Shown here: piece by piece, positions 1 through 8,862 of the stretch
How positions within the stretch are numbered: position 1 is the stretch's first letter
How the letters are laid out: every line of letters starts with the position of its first letter
DNA from: Gemmatimonas sp.
GTDB taxonomy: Bacteria > Gemmatimonadota > Gemmatimonadetes > Gemmatimonadales > Gemmatimonadaceae
DNA: 64,000 nucleotides
Direction of reading: 5' to 3'
Assembly: GCA_965279375.1 (NCBI GenBank)
Contig: OZ257156.1
Location: 5,184,001 to 5,248,000, forward strand
Notes under the pieces: generated by a model
What the model saw: only the letters and a program-made list of their open reading frames with translations
Told to the model about the DNA's origin: nothing
Database searches by the model: none
Program-made: the position numbers and the translations under genes

Positions 1-457
1 TGAGCGTACGCCCCGCCGCGTGCACGAAGGGCGTGCTCCACGGCCCTTTGAGCTTGAGCACACCGAACGTCTTGTCCACGTTGCGAATCGACTGTGTCTC
101 GCCCGCCTGCGCCACACGCTGGATCGTGAACGCGTTGTAGACGTTGAGCCAGAAGGCCAGTCGCTCTTCCGGACCGAGCGTCGAATCGCGGACGCGATCG
201 AGCGAGGAGAGATAGCGTGGAAATGCCGGGTCCTTGGCAAAGCCCGCGTAGTCGACGAAGCCGTCCTTCACGTAGCGCTTGAGCAGCGCATCGTACGCGG
301 AGTGGTCGAAGACGGCCGTCGGCGCAGAGGAGGCAGGCAACGCCTGTGCGCGAGCCAGCGCGATCGGCAGCACGCCAGCCCCCACCCCGATGGCGGTGCA
401 CCAGACCAGCGCAGCGCGGCGCTGCCGTCTCAGGAAGGCGTCAGATAGCTTGTGCAT
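1..457 (-). CDS. DUF547 domain-containing secreted protein (partial, runs off window start)
   Basis: Not in the ORF track. Manual minus-strand translation from ATG 457 gives a signal-like N-terminus, then FDHSAYDALLKRYVKDGFVDYAGF...LAFWLNVYNAFTI, the typical DUF547 pattern. Confidence 0.8.
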   Translation of the reverse strand, partial: MHKLSDAFLRRQRRAALVWCTAIGVGAGVLPIALARAQALPASSAPTAVFDHSAYDALLKRYVKDGFVDYAGFAKDPAFPRYLSSLDRVRDSTLGPEERLAFWLNVYNAFTIQRVAQAGETQSIRNVDKTFGVLKLKGPWSTPFVHAAGRTL

Positions 458-510
458 CGGTTCGCGGGACAAGAACGGTCATCGTCGGCCTTCCCTTCTT
501 TGCCTTGGTC

Positions 511-828
511 ATGGTTCCTGATTGGCTGCTTGGTATCTGGCGACTGCTGCGCGCAGATGCCACTCTCGATTTCGCGCCGGGCGTGCGAATGGAATTTCTC
601 GACGACGGTCAACTGCACTACCACATCGACGTGGGCGGGCGGGATCAGGTCGTGACGCTGCTGTACCGCGTGGAGGGCGAGGTGTTGCACACCGACAATC
701 CCTCCGCGCCGCACTCAATGTCGGTGCGTTTCTCGCATGGCGCTGGCGATGTGTTGCTGCTGGATTTCGGCGGCGCCCACGCATCACTGGTGCGCGAAAC
801 CGATGCGCGCGCGTTGCGCGTGCCCTGA
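511..828 (+). CDS. hypothetical protein (small beta-rich, lipocalin-like start LLGIWRL)
   Basis: C-terminal part of ORF 346..828 from ATG 511, with protein-like composition. Confidence 0.6.
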   Translation: MVPDWLLGIWRLLRADATLDFAPGVRMEFLDDGQLHYHIDVGGRDQVVTLLYRVEGEVLHTDNPSAPHSMSVRFSHGAGDVLLLDFGGAHASLVRETDARALRVP

Positions 829-880
829 GCCAACCGTCTCCCGTGGTCCCCGCCCTCCTTCGCGATACCCAACCCCGCGC

Positions 881-1561
881 ATGAACGCTCTCAGCGAACG
901 ATATCCCTCGCTCCCCTGGATCGCACCGTTCGCGGTGTTCATGCTGCTCCTGGCCGTGGCGCCGTCGCTCCCCTTCGGCCAACCGTGGGAATCGATCGTA
1001 CGCGTCGGCGTGTTGGTGGCGGTGATTGCCATTGCGTCGGGATCGATCGTGCGTGGGCTGCGCGTGCAGCATGCGGTGGCCAGCATCGCGCTGGGACTGG
1101 CCGTGTGCGCGCTGTGGGTACTTCCGGACGCACTCATTCCGGGCTGGCGCTCGCACTGGCTCTTTCAAAACAGCGTGACCGGCACCATCAAGACGTCGAT
1201 TGCGCCGACCGAGCTCGCGGACCCACTCGTGCTGATGCTGCGCATCGCGCGCGCGGCGATTCTCGTGCCGATTCTCGAGGAGCTGTTCTGGCGCGGTTGG
1301 CTGCCACGGTGGATCGTGAACAACGACTTTCAGCGCGTCCCGCTGGGCACGTACAACACGCTCGCCTTTGTGGGCACTGCGGCACTCTTCGCCAGCGAGC
1401 ATGGCCCGTTCTGGGAAGTCGGCCTGCTGTGCGGCCTGATCTACAACTGGTGGATGTGGCGCACCAAGTCGCTGGGCGATCTGGTTCTGGTCCATGCCGT
1501 CACCAACGGCGCGCTGTCGGCCTATGTGCTGGTGACGGGAAAGTACGAGTACTGGATGTAG
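881..1561 (+). CDS. CAAX prenyl protease-related (CPBP) intramembrane protease, PEP-CTERM-associated type
   Basis: PILEELFWRG, FASEH and HAVTN motifs; several TM segments; N-terminal PWIAPFAVFM. Confidence 0.85.
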   Translation: MNALSERYPSLPWIAPFAVFMLLLAVAPSLPFGQPWESIVRVGVLVAVIAIASGSIVRGLRVQHAVASIALGLAVCALWVLPDALIPGWRSHWLFQNSVTGTIKTSIAPTELADPLVLMLRIARAAILVPILEELFWRGWLPRWIVNNDFQRVPLGTYNTLAFVGTAALFASEHGPFWEVGLLCGLIYNWWMWRTKSLGDLVLVHAVTNGALSAYVLVTGKYEYWM

Positions 1562-1595
1562 CCTGTCCGGATGTTGCGTGTGTCTGCGTGACACG

Positions 1596-1632
1596 AACGA
1601 GGCCCGTCACCCACATGGGGACGGGCCTCGTT
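1596..1632. terminator. bidirectional intrinsic terminator-like hairpin
   Basis: AACGAGGCCCGTC...GACGGGCCTCGTT inverted repeat between convergent genes. Confidence 0.7.
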
Positions 1633-1634
1633 GT

Positions 1635-1937
1635 TCAGCCACCGTAGACGATCGGGCTGGTGCCGCTGCGAATGTCGCGTGCGCCCGCCGCCACGCCGGA
1701 GCCGACCGCGAGCGCTGCGGTCAACGCGGTGCCGATGCCAACCAGCGGAAGGAACGGTACGACGACCGCTCCAGCCAGAAATGCCGCACCGCCTGCCACC
1801 CACGGTGCGATGCCCTTCTGCACGGCGTCGACGTAACGCAGGCGATTGCGAACGAATCGGCGCGCGGCGCCGTGCAACACAACCGCCGCAGCAGTGGCGA
1901 TCGCGAACGAGATGAGAAAACCGATCAGGGAAAACAT
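1635..1937 (-). CDS. small hydrophobic membrane protein
   Basis: MFSLIGFLISF... with Gly/Ala-rich TM segments; GGAGG upstream of ATG 1937. Confidence 0.75.
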   Translation of the reverse strand: MFSLIGFLISFAIATAAAVVLHGAARRFVRNRLRYVDAVQKGIAPWVAGGAAFLAGAVVVPFLPLVGIGTALTAALAVGSGVAAGARDIRSGTSPIVYGG

Positions 1938-2096
1938 GTGTGCCTCCGAGTGTCTCGCGTTCCGGCGACATCGCCGTGGTTCTGATACCCCTAACGACAC
2001 GGCGGGCCAGAGGTTTCACCCGTGGCCCGCCGCCTGGTCCCGCCCGAGTCGATCCGAGCGTTTCGCCCGTTACGAGGCGCCCGTTCAAGGCGCCCG

Positions 2097-2813
2097 CTAA
2101 GGGCGGCGGGGCATGTCCATCTTCGTGTAGTTGTTCGGGATCGTGAACGGCGCATCGGTCAGGACTCGCTTCTCGATCTTGGTCACTTCGAGCTGAACCA
2201 CGCCATCCTGCCGCTTGACCTTGAGCGGGAAGCCACCTTCCCCCTCGAGCGAGCGCTGCCACGCGGGCTGCGCGCGATTGCCTCGTCCCATGCCGCCCAT
2301 CGCACTCATCGCGTTGACGAACGGGCCCAGCCCCTTGGCGAGGCACACGTCGGACGTCTGCTGCTGTGCTTCAACCGTCACGTGCTCGCACTCGTAGCCG
2401 GCGATCGTTTCCTTCTTGCCGGTGCGCGTGACTTTCACATCGGGAACGTTGGCGCCGCCCGTAGTCGCACGCGCGAGTTCGTTGGAAAGGTTGACCTCCA
2501 TGTACATCGACTGCTGATCGAGCAGCAGATACGTCTTCTTCTCCGTCGGGATACCGATGATGCTCACCGCACCCATCGCGGAGACAACGTTGATACGCAC
2601 CTTGCCGCCGCGCGTGAGATACTCGATCTCCTGCCCCTGAGCACCGCTGGGGCCAAGGCCGGACACGCGCATGGTGATGGCGCCATCAAACGTTTGCGCG
2701 GCAAGCGGCGACGTCATCATCGGCGACGTGATCACCGTCGCGGCAGCGAGAATCGAAACAGAGCGCGCCAGCGGTGTGATGGCGCGCGGAATGCGATGCG
2801 AACTCGAGGTCAT
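2097..2813 (-). CDS. DUF4412 domain-containing secreted protein
   Basis: Signal peptide (LAAQ), TGKKETIAGYECEH motif and GFPLK motif; start uncertain. Confidence 0.75.
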   Translation of the reverse strand: MTSSSHRIPRAITPLARSVSILAAATVITSPMMTSPLAAQTFDGAITMRVSGLGPSGAQGQEIEYLTRGGKVRINVVSAMGAVSIIGIPTEKKTYLLLDQQSMYMEVNLSNELARATTGGANVPDVKVTRTGKKETIAGYECEHVTVEAQQQTSDVCLAKGLGPFVNAMSAMGGMGRGNRAQPAWQRSLEGEGGFPLKVKRQDGVVQLEVTKIEKRVLTDAPFTIPNNYTKMDMPRRP

Positions 2814-2838
2814 GTATGTCTGCGGGATTCCGGAAGCG

Positions 2839-4203
2839 TTACGCAAGACCGGTCTTCATCGCCTTGAGCACCAGCTCGGCGAAGCGGTCGACTTCATCCA
2901 ACGTGGTATACACGTTGGGCGTCACGCGGATCCCGCTGAACTCCGGATGCACGATCGGCGTCTGCACCACGCGGTGCGTGCCGAACAGCCAATTGCCGAG
3001 CTTACTCGGATCGAGCCCATCCACGGCGAAGTTGCCGATGCCGCCGCCCCACTTGGAATCCATCGGCGTGAGGATCTTCACGCGTCCGTTGCCTTCGGCG
3101 AGCAGGCGCTTGGCCCAGCGATCGCGCAGGTAGACCAGACGCGCGAACTTGCGACCGGCACCGATGGCGCGATGAAACGCGAGCGATACGGCGATCGCGT
3201 TGTGGTTTGCCGCCGGATGCGTCCCGATCTCTTCGTATTTGCGGATGTTGTCGTCCTGCTCGATCGACGCGGCCATCAGCGGCCAGATCGCCTTCTGCTT
3301 GGACTTGCGCACGTAAAGAAATCCGGTGCCGATGGGCGCAAGCAGCCACTTGTGCAGACTCGTGCCGTAGTAGTCCACGTCCATGTCATCGCGAGACATC
3401 GGGAACTGCGCGAACGCATGCGCGCCGTCCACGAACACTTCGACGTTCTTGGCCCGCGCCATCTGCACGATCTCCCGCACGGGGAGAATCTGGCCAGTCA
3501 GATTGGTGATGTGCGTGATCTCGATGACCTTCGTGCGCGGCGTGATCGCGGCGGCAAAGCGATCGACCATCTCCTGTGCCGAGGTCGATGGTACGGGCAT
3601 CGAGATCTCTTTCAGCACGATCCCCTCGCGGCGCGAGCGCTGCTTCCACGCGTTGATCATGCGCCCGTAGTTCTGATTGCTGATGAGCACCTCGTCACCG
3701 CGCTTGAGATCGATACCGAAGATCAGCGTTTCCAGCGCTTCGGAGGCATTGCGCGTGATCGCCATCTCCTCGGTGTCGCAGCCAAACTCCAGCGCCAGCT
3801 CTCGTCGCACGATTTCGAGCCGCGGCTCGAGGTCGCGCCACATGTGAATCACCGGCAGCTCGTTCGAATAGCGCAGATCGCGGAACATCTGCTCCATCAC
3901 GTGCGAGGGAGCCGGCGAACAACCGCCGTTGTTCAAGTTGATCCACGTGCGATCGAGATCGAACGCGCGCTGAATCGGCTCCCAGAAATCCTCGTCCGAT
4001 GCGAACGCAGCGTCCTGCGCGGCATTGCCGCGCCAGGCCGGTGCCTCAGGATCGAGCAGCCGCACCCCTCGACTTCGGGCCACGCCCGCTGCATCCAGCA
4101 GGCGACGCACGGCGCCGGGGGCAAAGGTCGGCGAGAGCGCGGAGGCCACGGCGGGCGTGGCGGCAGCTCCTGCGAGGGCGGAGACAAAATGGCGGCGGTC
4201 CAT
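2839..4203 (-). CDS. Tat-exported class V PLP-dependent aminotransferase (isopenicillin N epimerase / cysteine desulfurase-like)
   Basis: MDRRHFV twin-arginine signal; LNNGG, VDGAHAF and SLHKWLLAPIGTG (PLP lysine). Confidence 0.85.
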   Translation of the reverse strand: MDRRHFVSALAGAAATPAVASALSPTFAPGAVRRLLDAAGVARSRGVRLLDPEAPAWRGNAAQDAAFASDEDFWEPIQRAFDLDRTWINLNNGGCSPAPSHVMEQMFRDLRYSNELPVIHMWRDLEPRLEIVRRELALEFGCDTEEMAITRNASEALETLIFGIDLKRGDEVLISNQNYGRMINAWKQRSRREGIVLKEISMPVPSTSAQEMVDRFAAAITPRTKVIEITHITNLTGQILPVREIVQMARAKNVEVFVDGAHAFAQFPMSRDDMDVDYYGTSLHKWLLAPIGTGFLYVRKSKQKAIWPLMAASIEQDDNIRKYEEIGTHPAANHNAIAVSLAFHRAIGAGRKFARLVYLRDRWAKRLLAEGNGRVKILTPMDSKWGGGIGNFAVDGLDPSKLGNWLFGTHRVVQTPIVHPEFSGIRVTPNVYTTLDEVDRFAELVLKAMKTGLA

Positions 4204-4298
4204 GCCCCGAACATGCGTCTTTCTCGCGTGGCGCGCGAGAGGGCGGACCCATAACGTTAGCCCGCGATTCCGCTCTACGGACACTCACCGGGGTACCC

Positions 4299-7200
4299 AT
4301 GCATCTGAAGGTTTGGCGAACGTGCGCACTGCTGCTCGGCGCCGGATTCATCACGGCGGCCGCCGCGTGCCGATCCAAACCCGCCGCATCCCCCGAGGAG
4401 CTCTACAACACGCGCACCCTTGGCCTCGGCTACCTCTACCGCAATCAGTTCGCCGAGGCCGACTCCCAGTTCCGCAAGCTGATCGCGCTCGCGCCAGACG
4501 ATCCGGCCGGGTACGCCAACCTGGGGCTGACCTACCTGCAGTCGGGGCGCTACGCCGACGCCGAGCCGCAGTTGGAGCGGGCGCGCAAGCTCGACCCGAG
4601 CGCGGTGAACGTCTCCCTGATGCTGGCCAAGCTGTACGCGCTGACCGACCGTCCCGCCGACGCCAAGGCGATGCTCGAGGCGCTGCACACCAAGGCCCCA
4701 CGCGATGTGAACGTGCTGTACGGACTGGCTGAGCTGGACTCGAAGCAGACCGACAGCGCGTCGGTTGGCCGCTACGTCGAGCGCCTGCGTGAGCTCCTCG
4801 TCGTCGTGCCAGCCAATCTCGCAGTGCGTGTGAAGCTGCTGGGGGCGCTGTCGCGCGTTGCAGAACCGGACAGCCTGGTGCGCCATCTTGAGGAGATCCG
4901 ACGCATCCCTCCCGAGCCGCCGCGTGAAGCGCGGGTCTACATCGATAGCACGATCGCCCTGCTGCAGGGGGGCCGACGTGTAGAGTCGCAGGCGACGCTC
5001 GATCGTGTGATCTACCTCATCGAGGGCAGCGCGCCGTATCAGGCCGCGCTCGAGAACGTGCGCACGACCGAAGCACCGATTCCGGGCCGTCTGCTGCTCA
5101 ACTTCGCGCCGCGCGATTTCGTCTCGCTGAATGGCGTGCGGACCGAAGCCACGACGGACAGCGCGCGATATGTGGACGCCACTGAGGACGCTGGACTTTC
5201 CGCTGTCGGGACCACCTCCGCGCAGGCGCCGCTGGCGAGCGCGATCGCGTCCGCAGAGATCGACGGCACCAATACGCTGGCGCTGTTCATGTCGCGTTGG
5301 TCGCCCACAGCCGGCAAGTCAGTGGCGCAGCTGTTTCGCGTACAGAGCGGCATGGTGCGCGACGTGACGACGCAGTCGGGCATTTCGCTGCCGCAGGGCG
5401 CGGTGTTCGCCGTCTTTGCCGACTACGACAATGACGGCTGGCTCGATCTCTTCGCGATTGGCGGCGAAGGGCGCGGCCATCTGTTCCGCAACAGTGGGAC
5501 GGGAACCTTCGTCGAGACGACCGCGCAAGCGCGCGTGGGCGACGTTCGCGGCGCACACAAGGCGATCGTCGCGGACCTCGACCACGACGGCGATCTGGAC
5601 CTGATGCTCGTCGGCTCGGGACCGCGTACGGTGTACCGCAACAACCTTGATGGCACGTTCACCGATGCGACGAGCGCGATGGGACTCGCGGCGTCGGACG
5701 CCGGCAGTGCTCAGGCCACCGATGCTGCGTTCGGCGATGTGGATGGCGACGGTCGCACCGACGTGATCGTTGGCAGCGCGACGTCCGGCGGGAGGTTGCT
5801 GCACAACGGCGGAGCACAGCGTTTCAGCGATGTCTCCGATGCGGCCGGCACCGCGAGTGGTGCTGGATTTGCTGCGGTCGCCATCGGCGACTGCAACAAC
5901 GACGGATTTCTCGACGTGGTCGCGCTCGACGCGAAGAGCGGCGCGGTGCTGCTGCTGCTCAACAACGGATCAGGACGCTTTTCGGCAGACCGTCGAGCGA
6001 CGGCCGCGCTCAAGCCGACTGGCAGCGCCGCGAACAGCGTCGCCACTCTCGTGGACTACGACAACGATGGGTGGCTCGATCTCGTCGTCGGCACGTCGGG
6101 TGCACGCGCTGCGAACGCACCGTCGCTCTTTCTGTTCCGCAACGATGGCAGCGGGAAGTTTGTCGATCGGTCTGCCGCGTTACCCACGGCGATGCGCATT
6201 TCGGGTGCTGCGGCGATTACTGTCAGCGATATCGACGATGACGGCGACGAGGACCTTTCCTTGATCGACGCGACTGGCGCCTCACGCATACTGCGCAACG
6301 CGGCGGGCAACGCGAACCTCGGCGTGAACGTGGAGCTCAAGGGGCTGCGTAACGGCAGCGGCAAGAACAACAGCTTCGGGGTTGGTGCGCGCGTGGAACT
6401 ACGTGCCGGTACGCTCTATCAGACACGCGTGGTGACCAACGCCAAGACGCACTTCGGACTGGGGCCGCATCTCAAGGCGGACGTCTTGCGCGTGGAATGG
6501 ACCAACGGCGTACCGCAGACGGTGTTTCTGCCGGGCTCCGATCAGGATGTGGTCGAGCAGGAGATCCTCAAGGGATCCTGCGCGTTTGCATACACATGGG
6601 ATGGCAAGCAATTCCGCTTCGTCACAGACGCCATGTGGCGCAGCGCGTTGGGGATGCCGCTCGGGCTCATGGGAAGCTCGAGCGCGTTCGCACCCGCGGG
6701 TGCATCGCAGGAGTATCTGCGTATCTCGGGCGATGCACTCAAGCCGCGCAACGGCCGCTACGTCATGCAGCTCACCGAAGAGCTCTGGGAGACGGCGTAC
6801 GCCGACGAAGTGAAGCTGCTGACGGTCGATCATCCGGATTCCATCGACGTGTTTGTGGACGAACGCTTCGTGCCGCCGGGCCCGGTGACGCTGCGCCTCT
6901 TCCACGTGGGAAAGCGCGAACTTCCGCGCACCGCCACCGACGCGACAGGGCATGACCTGCTGCCCGCGCTCAAGGCAAGCGACGATGTCTACGTGTCGAA
7001 CTTCGTACCCACGAAATACCAGGGCGTGGTTGAACCACACGAGCTCATTCTCGATCTGCCGGACGTCGCCGGCACACCGGGCAGCGCGCTCTTCCTGCGC
7101 GGCTGGATCTACCCCACCGACGCCAGCATCAATGTCGCGCTCGGCCAGCAAACCGCGCTGAGCGTGTCGCCGCCATCGTTCGAAGTGCGTGACGCGCGCG

Positions 7201-7883
7201 GCCAGTGGAAGACCGTGGTGGCGAACCTCGGATTTCCGTCCGGAAAGGACAAGACGATGGTGATCGACCTGGCGGGCAAGTTCTCAACGGCGGATCGGCA
7301 TGTACGCATCCGTACGAACCTGCAGATTTACTGGGACCAGGCATTCGTCGCGCGCGATCTTCCGGGCAGCAACAGCAAAGTCGAAACGCTGGCGCCCCTG
7401 TCGGCCAACCTGCACGCGCGCGGCTACTCGCGCATGTATCGCAAAGGCGGCCGCTACGGCCCGTATTGGTTCGACTACGCCAACGTGGAGCAGAACGCGC
7501 CGTGGCGTCCGATCACTGGTGCCTTCACCCGCTTTGGGGATGTGTTGCCGCTGTTGGACAAGGCGGACGACATGTACATCATCATGGCGCCCGGCGATGA
7601 AACGACCATCGAGTTCGATGCGCGGTCAGCCGAGTCGCTACCGAAGGGCTGGCGCCGCGATTTCCTGCTCTACACCGACGGCTGGATCAAGGACTCCGAC
7701 CTCAACACGGCGTTCGGTACGACAGTCGAGCCGTTGCCGTACCACGGAATTGGCAGTTACCCGTACGGCCCCACAGACCGCTATCCCACCGACTCTCTGC
7801 GCACGCGCTATCGTCGGGACTACAACACGCGCATCGTCGGCGGTCGGACGCTCGCGCGATCCTCTAACACGGAGCAGCGATGA
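4299..7883 (+). CDS. TPR + FG-GAP/VCBS repeat + ASPIC/UnbV (CRTAC1-family) lipoprotein with long C-terminal extension
   Basis: Lipobox-like AAAC; TPR helices; many DxDxDGxxD repeats; NSFGVGARVEL...HFGLG...VEWTNG; tail GSCAFAYTWDG. Confidence 0.85.
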   Translation: MHLKVWRTCALLLGAGFITAAAACRSKPAASPEELYNTRTLGLGYLYRNQFAEADSQFRKLIALAPDDPAGYANLGLTYLQSGRYADAEPQLERARKLDPSAVNVSLMLAKLYALTDRPADAKAMLEALHTKAPRDVNVLYGLAELDSKQTDSASVGRYVERLRELLVVVPANLAVRVKLLGALSRVAEPDSLVRHLEEIRRIPPEPPREARVYIDSTIALLQGGRRVESQATLDRVIYLIEGSAPYQAALENVRTTEAPIPGRLLLNFAPRDFVSLNGVRTEATTDSARYVDATEDAGLSAVGTTSAQAPLASAIASAEIDGTNTLALFMSRWSPTAGKSVAQLFRVQSGMVRDVTTQSGISLPQGAVFAVFADYDNDGWLDLFAIGGEGRGHLFRNSGTGTFVETTAQARVGDVRGAHKAIVADLDHDGDLDLMLVGSGPRTVYRNNLDGTFTDATSAMGLAASDAGSAQATDAAFGDVDGDGRTDVIVGSATSGGRLLHNGGAQRFSDVSDAAGTASGAGFAAVAIGDCNNDGFLDVVALDAKSGAVLLLLNNGSGRFSADRRATAALKPTGSAANSVATLVDYDNDGWLDLVVGTSGARAANAPSLFLFRNDGSGKFVDRSAALPTAMRISGAAAITVSDIDDDGDEDLSLIDATGASRILRNAAGNANLGVNVELKGLRNGSGKNNSFGVGARVELRAGTLYQTRVVTNAKTHFGLGPHLKADVLRVEWTNGVPQTVFLPGSDQDVVEQEILKGSCAFAYTWDGKQFRFVTDAMWRSALGMPLGLMGSSSAFAPAGASQEYLRISGDALKPRNGRYVMQLTEELWETAYADEVKLLTVDHPDSIDVFVDERFVPPGPVTLRLFHVGKRELPRTATDATGHDLLPALKASDDVYVSNFVPTKYQGVVEPHELILDLPDVAGTPGSALFLRGWIYPTDASINVALGQQTALSVSPPSFEVRDARGQWKTVVANLGFPSGKDKTMVIDLAGKFSTADRHVRIRTNLQIYWDQAFVARDLPGSNSKVETLAPLSANLHARGYSRMYRKGGRYGPYWFDYANVEQNAPWRPITGAFTRFGDVLPLLDKADDMYIIMAPGDETTIEFDARSAESLPKGWRRDFLLYTDGWIKDSDLNTAFGTTVEPLPYHGIGSYPYGPTDRYPTDSLRTRYRRDYNTRIVGGRTLARSSNTEQR

Positions 7884-8833
7884 CTCGCCAACTGACGACA
7901 GGCGCACCGATGCGTCGACCCACCGCGCTGCACTCGCTGCTGGCCGCGAGCCTCTGTCTTGCCACGAGCGTTGGTGCGCAGACCACATCCGCGACTGCCG
8001 GTGCAAAGCCCGCCGCGCTCGGCGACTTCCGCGCACCAATGGGCGTGCAGCTGTGGACGTTCCGAGAGCAGGCCAAGCCCGATCCGGCCGCGATGTTTCG
8101 GATGGCCCGCAAGATGGGCATCACGCACGTGGAGACGGCGGGACTCTACGACATGCCAGTGGCCAAGTTCGCCGCTGCGCTCAAGACGGCGGGGCTGCGG
8201 GCGACGTCGATGCACGTGGGATACGACGACCTCAAGAAGTCGCCTGATGTTGTCATCGCCAATGCCAAAGCGCTCGGAGCGCAGTACGTGGGCATCGCGT
8301 GGTATCCGCACGAAGGTGCGTTCACCGAGGCCGATGCGCGCAAGGCGATCGCCGACTTCAATGCGTTCGGTCGCACGCTCAAGAGCGCCGGGCTCAAGTT
8401 CTTCTACCACAACCACGGCTACGAGCCGGTCCCGTTCGGTAAGGGGACGCTCCTCGACCTGATCATCGACCAGACCGATCCGGCGCTCGTGTCATTCGAG
8501 ATGGACGTACTATGGACTTGGCTGCCGAACGTAGATCCTGTGGCACTGATCCGGCGTCATCCCGGACGTTTCCGCCTCATGCACATCAAGGATATGCGTC
8601 CCGGAATCGCGCGTGGCTCGCTCTCTGGCGGCCTGCCCGCAGAGCAGCAGGCCGTGATCGGACAGGGACAGGTGAACTGGCCTGAACTGCTCGCTGCGGC
8701 GCAGCGTGACGGCTTCGCCTTCTACTACCTCGAAGATGAGACCACCGATCCGGTGAAGAACGTCCCGCCGAGCATCTCGTATCTGACACAGCTCAAGTAC
8801 CCGTCCAACGCTGCCACCGGCGCGCGCAAGTAG
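7880..8833 (+). CDS. secreted sugar phosphate isomerase/epimerase (xylose isomerase-like TIM barrel)
   Basis: Signal peptide (VGAQ); GVQLWTFR, YHNHGYE, EMDVLW, HIKD and G.G.VNW motifs; ATGA overlap with the upstream gene. Confidence 0.85.
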   Translation: MTRQLTTGAPMRRPTALHSLLAASLCLATSVGAQTTSATAGAKPAALGDFRAPMGVQLWTFREQAKPDPAAMFRMARKMGITHVETAGLYDMPVAKFAAALKTAGLRATSMHVGYDDLKKSPDVVIANAKALGAQYVGIAWYPHEGAFTEADARKAIADFNAFGRTLKSAGLKFFYHNHGYEPVPFGKGTLLDLIIDQTDPALVSFEMDVLWTWLPNVDPVALIRRHPGRFRLMHIKDMRPGIARGSLSGGLPAEQQAVIGQGQVNWPELLAAAQRDGFAFYYLEDETTDPVKNVPPSISYLTQLKYPSNAATGARK

Positions 8834-8862
8834 GGTATTCTCTCCTGCGCTGCAGTCGAGCG

